Below, one piece after another: positions 47,201 through 53,797 of a stretch of DNA of 53,797 nucleotides. The first letter of the stretch is position 1, and every line of letters begins with the position of its first letter. The translations under genes and the position numbers were made by a program. Source of the DNA: Nitrososphaera sp. (GTDB taxonomy: Archaea > Thermoproteota > Nitrososphaeria > Nitrososphaerales > Nitrososphaeraceae); NCBI GenBank assembly GCA_036259955.1, contig DATAAU010000171.1, positions 1 through 53,797 on the forward strand, given 5' to 3'. The notes beneath the pieces were generated by a model. The model saw nothing but the letters and a program-made list of their open reading frames with translations. It was not told the DNA's origin and ran no database searches.

Positions 47201-47657
47201 CGCCTTCTCCACGGAAAAGCTTTTTCGCTTCGTCTATCGAAAGGTCCGCACTGGGTAATATAATATCGGACTTGATTATCTCATGGGGGTCAAGGGGCTT
47301 ACCATTTTCAACGACTATATTGCTCAGTTCTGTCAACCTTTTCTTAAATTCTGTGTCATCGGATCTCTCTGCGCTCACGAGCTCAACTATCGAATTGTCA
47401 ATATTATTGAGCTTTTTGAGCGTCCTACCGTCAACTGTAAACTGACCGTGACCCATTATACGGACGATTTTCTTGCCAGAGGTAGTAGTAGTAGTGCTTC
47501 TTTTCTTAGCATTAGCGATTGTTTTCTTGTTACGGCTTTTGGCACCCGCTCTCTGTGTAGACACGGACTTCTTTGGACGGGATTTTCCCTTCCCTGTCCG
47601 TTGCGATTTAAGCTTGGTTGCAGCCGACCTTCCCTTATTTTTCGGTTTACGATTCAT
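47184..47657 (-). CDS. PspA-associated protein PspAA-like with basic N-terminal extension
   Basis: IVRIMGHGQF..LNNID..SDIILP..DLS..E..EGVIP. ATGA-coupled to pspA. Confidence 0.8.
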   Translation of the reverse strand: MNRKPKNKGRSAATKLKSQRTGKGKSRPKKSVSTQRAGAKSRNKKTIANAKKRSTTTTTSGKKIVRIMGHGQFTVDGRTLKKLNNIDNSIVELVSAERSDDTEFKKRLTELSNIVVENGKPLDPHEIIKSDIILPSADLSIDEAKKLFRGEGVIPEI

Positions 47658-48388
47658 TGTTGCACTTCTTGCTCCAATTGTTGCTTCTTCTTACGTTGTT
47701 TCTCTGACTTTAACTTTGCTAATTCTTCATCTACTGAATTTTGTACCGTAATTTTTTCTAATTCTTTTTCGATTTCATCTTTATTTGATGTATAGTCTGT
47801 GAGGACCCCTGAATTTATCATTTCATCTAGGGCTTGAGACTTAGCCCTTAGGCGCTCGGTCTTTTCCTCAGCCCTGCTCATCGACATTCCTACATCTGTC
47901 ATTTCCTCAGAAATTCCTGTGACACTTTCCTTTATCTTAACTTGGGCTTCTGCTGCAGAGTATTGTGCTTTTATTATTTCCTTTCTTGCCTTAAATTCCT
48001 CTACCTTGATTGACATGCGCTTTTCTGCTTCCTGCATATTGACTTCTTCTTGCCTCATCTCAGCTATCTGCTTGTCAAGGTTCTGCATCTGCAACAAATT
48101 GGCATTCTTTCGCTCAAGTGCGAGTCGTGCAAGGTCTTCTCTATCTGCCTCAAGGGCTCTCGCTGCTTGAGCATCAAGCAATCGTATGTTCTCCCAGAGT
48201 CTAGACTTTTGCATTTCAAGCCTCTTGCGAGAAGTAGTAATCTCAGCTAGACTTCTTCTCAGCTTGTTTAGCATTTCCACTTGTCTTACATACGAATAAT
48301 CGAGAGCTTCCTGTGGTTTTTCAAACCTGTCAAGGAGCGTGCTTGCTTTCTGTGATATCACCGTCGAAATGCGATTCATTAATCCCAA
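47654..48388 (-). CDS. pspA: PspA/IM30 (ESCRT-III superfamily) protein
   Basis: MGLMNRI amphipathic start, EKP..LD, REDLARLALERK, YSAAEAQ and VDEELAKLK coiled coils. Confidence 0.93.
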   Translation of the reverse strand: MGLMNRISTVISQKASTLLDRFEKPQEALDYSYVRQVEMLNKLRRSLAEITTSRKRLEMQKSRLWENIRLLDAQAARALEADREDLARLALERKNANLLQMQNLDKQIAEMRQEEVNMQEAEKRMSIKVEEFKARKEIIKAQYSAAEAQVKIKESVTGISEEMTDVGMSMSRAEEKTERLRAKSQALDEMINSGVLTDYTSNKDEIEKELEKITVQNSVDEELAKLKSEKQRKKKQQLEQEVQQ

Positions 48389-48475
48389 TTCTCATTCACT
48401 CTATCATCATCAAAGAAAGTTGAATATTAAAGGATGATGCTTAGTAGGACGACATTGAGTGCGCGAGGATCTACA

Positions 48476-48790
48476 CTATCTGTTGAACCTACGCCATTCG
48501 TGTTCGTCAGGCGGGCCATAGTCTTCTTTTTTCTTAAAGTATCCCCAGTAAATCAAAAAGCCACCAGCCGCAATCATAGCGATCGCAAACTTTTCGTTTG
48601 TGACTTGGGCATTCACAAAGTTATCCAAAAATCGCTGAGTCCCATCTCCGATCAAGCCAGCGGCGTGTTCGATATTAAAGAAAACAAGGTTACGAATCAT
48701 GATAATTGCGGCGGTAACTATGAACAGAATGCCCATTGCAGACATCCAATTTCTGCCGCGCCTGCTGCCTATCTCTTCCTTCCATCTCAT
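48476..48790 (-). CDS. Small 2-TM membrane protein
   Basis: Two hydrophobic helices with charged termini. Confidence 0.7.
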   Translation of the reverse strand: MRWKEEIGSRRGRNWMSAMGILFIVTAAIIMIRNLVFFNIEHAAGLIGDGTQRFLDNFVNAQVTNEKFAIAMIAAGGFLIYWGYFKKKEDYGPPDEHEWRRFNR

Positions 48791-48833
48791 TTTGATATGA
48801 TTCTCAACGTGTCATTGCTCATAATGTTTGTGA

Positions 48834-49505
48834 TTAAACGAGCTTTACGCCGGGATTCTTCATTTTATTTCGTTTAGCAGCATTTAGGCACATAGGAGTT
48901 AGGATCTCTGCTTGGTAAGCTAGTGCAAGCGGTCCAAGGTATATTGGCCTCAAGCCAGAAATTTCATTTACAAGATCTGTCAGTTTCGCTACTGCGCTCT
49001 GATCGTCGCCGCAGATGAATGTGTCAGCATCAAGACTCTGGTTGAGCTTCTTAAGCTTTGATTCAGATATTGTGTGGAAAGCGGATACTATCCTTGGCCT
49101 AGGTGGAAGCTTGTCAGCAACCATCTCTGCAGCTTGCTTCTTGCCTTGTTCAAGTGGAATATAGACAAAACCTGTTTCAGTTCTTGTCATAGGCACAATC
49201 GGCGAGACGACTATGCAGTCATCTCGAAGCTTGCCTGCAAGCTTGCCGCAGGTATCTTCGATGAACTCATAAGGTATCGATAGGATCAGAACATCAATGT
49301 CATTTGCAAACGAGATGTTGTCACTGCCAGTTATAGTACCACCGATATCACTGTAGGTCTCTTTGGCGGTCCTAGTGTAACTTTCTGCAGCTTCTCTAGC
49401 CTTCTGTATGTCTCTTGAGCCAACGATAACGTCGTGCTTTTGGCACCATCTGAGTGCAAAGCCTTCACCCATTCCGCCAGTACCGCCAGCTATTCCTATC
49501 TTCAT
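48834..49505 (-). CDS. npdG: NADPH-dependent F420 reductase (F420H2:NADP+ oxidoreductase)
   Basis: GGTGGMGEG, IVGSR, SPIVP, SAFH and ICGDD. Confidence 0.9.
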   Translation of the reverse strand: MKIGIAGGTGGMGEGFALRWCQKHDVIVGSRDIQKAREAAESYTRTAKETYSDIGGTITGSDNISFANDIDVLILSIPYEFIEDTCGKLAGKLRDDCIVVSPIVPMTRTETGFVYIPLEQGKKQAAEMVADKLPPRPRIVSAFHTISESKLKKLNQSLDADTFICGDDQSAVAKLTDLVNEISGLRPIYLGPLALAYQAEILTPMCLNAAKRNKMKNPGVKLV

Positions 49506-49822
49506 CGACTCGTCATTGGATAATCTGGGTATTAATGTGCATCGGCTTTGAGATGTTTGTTCATATCCTTAAAGCAGGCAGCTTATGAATCATAAATAGT
49601 TTTTGTAGCAAATCAACAAAGAAGGCTTCTCAGCCATCATAGTAATCTCTCCTCTTATTATTTTGAATCAAAAGGACTTTTCGACACACGATGATGTGTA
49701 AATTGGTGTTTCTTTTGTTGATCCAAAAAAGAGATAGTGACTATCTTTTATCACGTCTAGGATTTGAGAAATGAAAACCTCTAAAAATAGCTTAAATCAC
49801 GCTGAAAATAGCGATAGCGGTA

Positions 49823-50449
49823 TTGCCACTAGTCATTTTTATGCGCCATGGTCAGGCAGAGAGCAATGTAAACAGAGTTCTTGCTGGAAGGACGCTTGAA
49901 TCACATCTGACGGAAAATGGCAGACAGCAAGTAATAGAGAGTGCAAACCATCTAATGAAAAATATTGCTATTGAAAAGGTCTATGTCTCACCTGTAATTC
50001 GAACCATAGAAACGGCTCACTTGGTATGCGACATACTTGGTACAGACTATGTGATAGATGAGCGATTATACGAAACCGAGATGGGCCGGCTTGTTGGGAT
50101 GAACTTTGAGGATATAACAATGAAGTACGGTGATGTGCTTACGAGGTTTTACTCAGATTACGACCCTGTTCTTGAAAGCTTTGGAGTAGAATCATTTGCC
50201 TCTGTCAAGCATCGCGTTGCTAGCCTGCTCGATGAACTTTTGCAAAAACACGAGGACAGCAGTGTCCTGGTTGTTACTCATCTTGATCCAATCAAGGCCG
50301 CTCTTGCTACCCTGCTTCACTTAAGCGCAGATGCGCTTCATAGATGGAATATTAGGAATGCTTCACTTACAATCTTAAAGCATGAAAGCAAAATGTACTC
50401 GGTTTCTGGAGTAAATGTTATGCTGATGTACCGGTATCCCATGGAATGA
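49823..50449 (+). CDS. Histidine phosphatase (phosphoglycerate mutase family)
   Basis: RHGQ, SP..RT.ETA, ES and VVTH motifs. Confidence 0.92.
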   Translation: MPLVIFMRHGQAESNVNRVLAGRTLESHLTENGRQQVIESANHLMKNIAIEKVYVSPVIRTIETAHLVCDILGTDYVIDERLYETEMGRLVGMNFEDITMKYGDVLTRFYSDYDPVLESFGVESFASVKHRVASLLDELLQKHEDSSVLVVTHLDPIKAALATLLHLSADALHRWNIRNASLTILKHESKMYSVSGVNVMLMYRYPME

Positions 50450-50520
50450 TTACCCTTTTCCAAAACCTTAAATAAGATATGAAAACTGATTTTTAACATA
50501 AGAAGAAAGGGAGAAATCAG

Positions 50521-50802
50521 ATGGTCTCATATTCAACGCTGGGTTTGATCTTGGTTCTGGCCTTGACGCTAACTTTTCTCGGCATCGGTTCTGCTTCAAT
50601 GTCCTTTGCACAAGAGACGACTGAGCGCTATTTGATTGCGAGGGTTGAGATTTGGGCGCTCTTTTACCGGCTCATGGTAGTAGCATTCGTTATCGGAGCC
50701 GTTGTCATGGGGACTATTACTTACGTTGTATGGAGGTTTAGAGAGAGTCATCCGAAGAATAGGGGGAGCATCACCCCAGTGGCTGGAGGTGGCAAGCACT
50801 AA
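50521..50802 (+). CDS. Small membrane subunit of the heme-copper oxidase cluster (resembles the N-terminal TM part of subunit II)
   Basis: Signal-like helix plus a TM ending WRFRESHP. TAATG-coupled to coxB. Confidence 0.7.
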   Translation: MVSYSTLGLILVLALTLTFLGIGSASMSFAQETTERYLIARVEIWALFYRLMVVAFVIGAVVMGTITYVVWRFRESHPKNRGSITPVAGGGKH

Positions 50803-51308
50803 TGGGTCATGGTACATTAGAATGGGTGTATATTGGAGTAGTAGTCGCTGTCCTTATTTATGTAGGAGCCGACGCATGGAATGTTGAAAGATTTTTAGAT
50901 CACGCTCCAGAAGAAGCCCAAGTTGTAAAGGTGACAGCTCAACAGTGGTTTTGGACATTTGAACATGAGGATGGAAGGCGAGAGCTAGGAGAACTGCACC
51001 TTGTCAAAGACATTCCATATAGGTTTGAAGTAACTTCTTTGGACGTGATTCACTCGTTTAACACACCAGACCAAGCAATGATGATTGATGCAGTGCCCGG
51101 AAGAATAAACTCAATTTGGTACGTCCCAGACCAAGCTGGCGAATTTTTGATACAATGCAGAGAGTATTGCGGATTTTCTCATTACCAGATGAGGGCTAAG
51201 CTATTCGTCGAGGAGCCAACCGGAGAAGAACAAGGAGCACAAATAACCAATGCTTCAGCAACTAGGGATCTTATTCCGTCAATAGGCGCAGCAGCTGCTG
51301 CAAGCTGA
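50802..51308 (+). CDS. coxB: Heme-copper oxidase subunit II (CuA)
   Basis: AQQWFW, DVIHSF, DAVPGR and CuA motif CREYCGFSHYQM. Confidence 0.94.
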   Translation: MGHGTLEWVYIGVVVAVLIYVGADAWNVERFLDHAPEEAQVVKVTAQQWFWTFEHEDGRRELGELHLVKDIPYRFEVTSLDVIHSFNTPDQAMMIDAVPGRINSIWYVPDQAGEFLIQCREYCGFSHYQMRAKLFVEEPTGEEQGAQITNASATRDLIPSIGAAAAAS

Positions 51309-51457
51309 GGTCTTTTTTTTAATTTATCGTCACAAATCTTGGATGATTGGGAGAGAGCGATATTGAAACCTGCACGCTGTGAATTTGATAAAAACAAAAT
51401 GCTTTTATTGATAATGTCTTCAATGTATCAGCAATATAGAGAGGGAGATGGTGCGAG

Positions 51458-52981
51458 ATGGTTCTAGAAGTTAGAAAGCCGCGCCCACTGTGGGAGATCC
51501 TATTTTCTACTCATCATACTGACATCGGCCTGCTATACATTATCTTTTCATTAACATTGTTTTTCATGGGTGGAGTACTTGCTATTGGGATCAGAACAGA
51601 ACTTTTCCTGCCTGGTACTCAAGTAATTGAAGATGCTAATACATTTCATAGAATCTTTACTGTTCATGGCACCACGATGCTCTTCTTGTGGGTAATACCA
51701 TTTGGTGCAGGCATAGGCAACTATCTGATACCAATAATGATACGATACAAGGACATGGCATGGCCAAAACTCAATGCTGTTGCATTCTGGATGATACCTG
51801 TTGGAGCAGCTCTGGTATGGCTAGGCTGGGCAGATACTGGCTGGACTGCATATCCTCCTTATTCTAATTTACGAGCACCAGGGCCAGCTGCTGAAATGTG
51901 GATATTTGGACTAAAGATATTGGGAATCTCTTCGATCCTGGGATCGATTAATTTCGTGGTCACTATTTTGCGAATGAAACACCCTGACCTGCCATTGATG
52001 AAGATGCCGCTCTTTTCATGGTCTATCCTATCTACATCTCTTATAATTCTCATGTCTATGCCCACATTCGCTGCTGCTTTGATTATGCTATATACCGACA
52101 GGTTAGGAGTTTCTGGTTTCTTTAATCCTGCAATGGGGGGAGATCCTTTAGCATATCAGCACCTCTTTTGGTTTACCTTCCATCCTGAAGTCTATGTGTT
52201 CCTGATACCGGCCGTTGGTATGATATATGAGATAATACCCAAGTTCTCGAGGAAGCCGATTTTTAGCTATACGTCTGGTGTAACGGCGTTCATACTGCTT
52301 ACGATTGTGTCATTTGCGTCTTGGGCTCACCATATGTTTGCCACAGGAATGAGTTTTACTGAAAAAACAGTATTCATGATAGGCACTTTGGCAGCAGTTC
52401 CAGCGTCAGCTATGCACATTTTCAACTGGATAGCGACTATGTGGGGAGGCAGAATCCGATTTAGAGCGCCAATCGCATTCGTTGTCGGAGGTATCATATT
52501 GTTCTTCTTGGCCGGAGCGGGAGGCATCGTCAACAGTGCAATGCCTCTTGACTTTCTGACACATGATAGCTATTGGGTGGTAGGGCATATGCACCTCTTC
52601 CTTATGGGGCTGATAACACATGCGTTTATCGGTTTCATATACTACCTGTTGCCAATGATAACCGGGAGGATGTACAATGAACGAGCGGCTATGGTACAGT
52701 TCTGGCTGCTGTTCATAGGAACAGCCTTGGTATTCGTCACGCAGCATTTGCTTGGACTATACGGCATGCCTCGCAGAGTTGCAGACTACGTCCCTGTTGA
52801 ACCACTAATAGTAATGAACCAGATCTCCACTGTGGGTGCATACATCATACTTGCATCGATGGCAATATTCCTCGTCAACCTGATCAAGAGTGCAGGATGG
52901 GGCAAACCTGCAAAGATGGAAGACCCATTCGAAATTGGAGAGAAGTATTATGACTACAGGCGGCGTGAGCCTCACCATTAG
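51458..52981 (+). CDS. coxA: Heme-copper oxidase subunit I
   Basis: HGTTM, GWTAYPP, HPEVY, WAHH, GHMH and GMPRR. Confidence 0.97.
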   Translation: MVLEVRKPRPLWEILFSTHHTDIGLLYIIFSLTLFFMGGVLAIGIRTELFLPGTQVIEDANTFHRIFTVHGTTMLFLWVIPFGAGIGNYLIPIMIRYKDMAWPKLNAVAFWMIPVGAALVWLGWADTGWTAYPPYSNLRAPGPAAEMWIFGLKILGISSILGSINFVVTILRMKHPDLPLMKMPLFSWSILSTSLIILMSMPTFAAALIMLYTDRLGVSGFFNPAMGGDPLAYQHLFWFTFHPEVYVFLIPAVGMIYEIIPKFSRKPIFSYTSGVTAFILLTIVSFASWAHHMFATGMSFTEKTVFMIGTLAAVPASAMHIFNWIATMWGGRIRFRAPIAFVVGGIILFFLAGAGGIVNSAMPLDFLTHDSYWVVGHMHLFLMGLITHAFIGFIYYLLPMITGRMYNERAAMVQFWLLFIGTALVFVTQHLLGLYGMPRRVADYVPVEPLIVMNQISTVGAYIILASMAIFLVNLIKSAGWGKPAKMEDPFEIGEKYYDYRRREPHH

Positions 52982-53001
52982 TGACGGGGAGAGATAGATA
53001 C

Positions 53002-53797
53002 ATGAGTTCAGATGATCCTCACGGTCACGACAAAGAACCTATGATCTTAACATCACCCAGAAGATTCGGAAAAGGGCTAGTGATAGTGGTTGCAATAATG
53101 GCCATAGGAGCGGGAATCACGATTCCCTTATTTGACGAGATGTTTGAGATTCCTCCTCCTGTAACGCAAATACGTACTGAGAGCCCTGCCGCTGAAGAAG
53201 GCGAAGGCGAAGAAGGCGCGGCTCCCGCAGAAGAGGGAACCACTAGAATTGCGATACTTGCAGGAGCTGCGGTACAGGGAAGTCCAGATTATGATCCAGA
53301 CCCCGCTGAGGTACCTGCAGGAAACAGCATAGTCTGGGATAATGAAGACACCGTTCCACATACTTCAACTTCTGGTACTGGCCCTCAAGATCCCACCTCC
53401 GCACAATTGTTCGATACAGGCATAGTCAATGGAGGCGAAGAGTCAACTGCTGTTCAAATTCAGGGTGCAAGCGAAGGACAGACTATACCATACTATTGCA
53501 TCGTTCATCCATACATGACGGGTGAACTTACTATTACTGCCGCAGGACAGGGAGGCGGGGGTGGTGCTGCACAGTCCGGAAATACAACGGGTGGAGGTGC
53601 TGGCGGCGCCTCAGGGGGCGCGGGAACCACACTAACCATACTTGCGGGCTCTTCAATACAGGGCAGCCCTGATTATGACCCAGATGAGCTGACAGTAGCT
53701 GCAGGCAGTGAAGTCACGGTGACTAACGATGACACGCTTCCTCACACTGTAACCTCAGGAACCAGTCCTACCGACCCTAATTCTGCACAGTTGTTTG
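53002..53797 (+). CDS. Membrane-anchored multi-domain blue copper (cupredoxin) protein, truncated by the window end
   Basis: ATG 53002, TM anchor, domain 1 with PHT and YYCIVHPYM type-1 Cu ligands, Gly-rich linker, then a second repeat (QGSPDYDPD..PHTVTSG). No stop in the window. Confidence 0.9.
   Translation, partial: MSSDDPHGHDKEPMILTSPRRFGKGLVIVVAIMAIGAGITIPLFDEMFEIPPPVTQIRTESPAAEEGEGEEGAAPAEEGTTRIAILAGAAVQGSPDYDPDPAEVPAGNSIVWDNEDTVPHTSTSGTGPQDPTSAQLFDTGIVNGGEESTAVQIQGASEGQTIPYYCIVHPYMTGELTITAAGQGGGGGAAQSGNTTGGGAGGASGGAGTTLTILAGSSIQGSPDYDPDELTVAAGSEVTVTNDDTLPHTVTSGTSPTDPNSAQLF

Noticed and set aside
50521-50802. Heme exporter CcmC identity for the small cox-cluster gene
   Set aside because: Too short and lacks the Trp-rich WWD motif. 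It fits an oxidase membrane subunit better.
294-53361. Many 60-170 aa ORFs antisense to or overlapping confident genes (for example 13764-14165, 18223-18699, 18919-19413, 41645-42154, 47283-47795, 48434-48877)
   Set aside because: Shadow frames of well-supported genes, with no motifs or independent expression signals.
1-53797. CRISPR array, IS element, integrase or prophage
   Set aside because: No regularly spaced repeats, transposase/integrase motifs or viral hallmark genes were recognised. No duplicated tRNA 3' end (att site) was noticed for either tRNA.

Overview
Chromosomal window from an ammonia-oxidising archaeon, most likely Nitrososphaeraceae (Thaumarchaeota). The assignment rests on archaeal tRNAs (one with a BHB intron), an archaeal SRP RNA, Dph2, prefoldin alpha, a LysW-type Arg/Lys cluster, F420:NADP oxidoreductase, and a thaumarchaeal-type cox operon with a multi-cupredoxin protein. 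About 1-16.7 kb is housekeeping: rtcA, tRNAs, UbiD and AcnX subunits of the archaeal mevalonate route, ferredoxin-dph2, SRP RNA, Ncs6/TtuA, pfdA-ftsY-argF. About 16.8-36 kb is accessory-looking, with a gene-sparse AT-rich stretch near 25.6-33.3 kb: MFS, SPFH, a Cdc48-N fusion, TerC, DUF4242, an orphan kinase-type sensor, a secreted TIM barrel, two divergent FkbM genes, and an EboF-like phosphodiesterase plus TIM isomerase. About 36-54 kb holds regulators, argG-lysW-lysX-argC-argB-argD-lysM, a convergent htpX-pspAB / pspA-pspAA envelope-stress module, and the start of the terminal oxidase cluster. Most notable: a LysW missing from the ORF track that ends in EDWGQ instead of EDWGE, a shared GGTC-N6-GACC box at two promoters of that cluster, an ATPase-less Cdc48-N fusion, a ferredoxin coupled to dph2, and FtsY with its acidic domain at the C-terminus. 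No CRISPR array, integrase or transposase was seen. All family calls come from motif recognition, not database searches.
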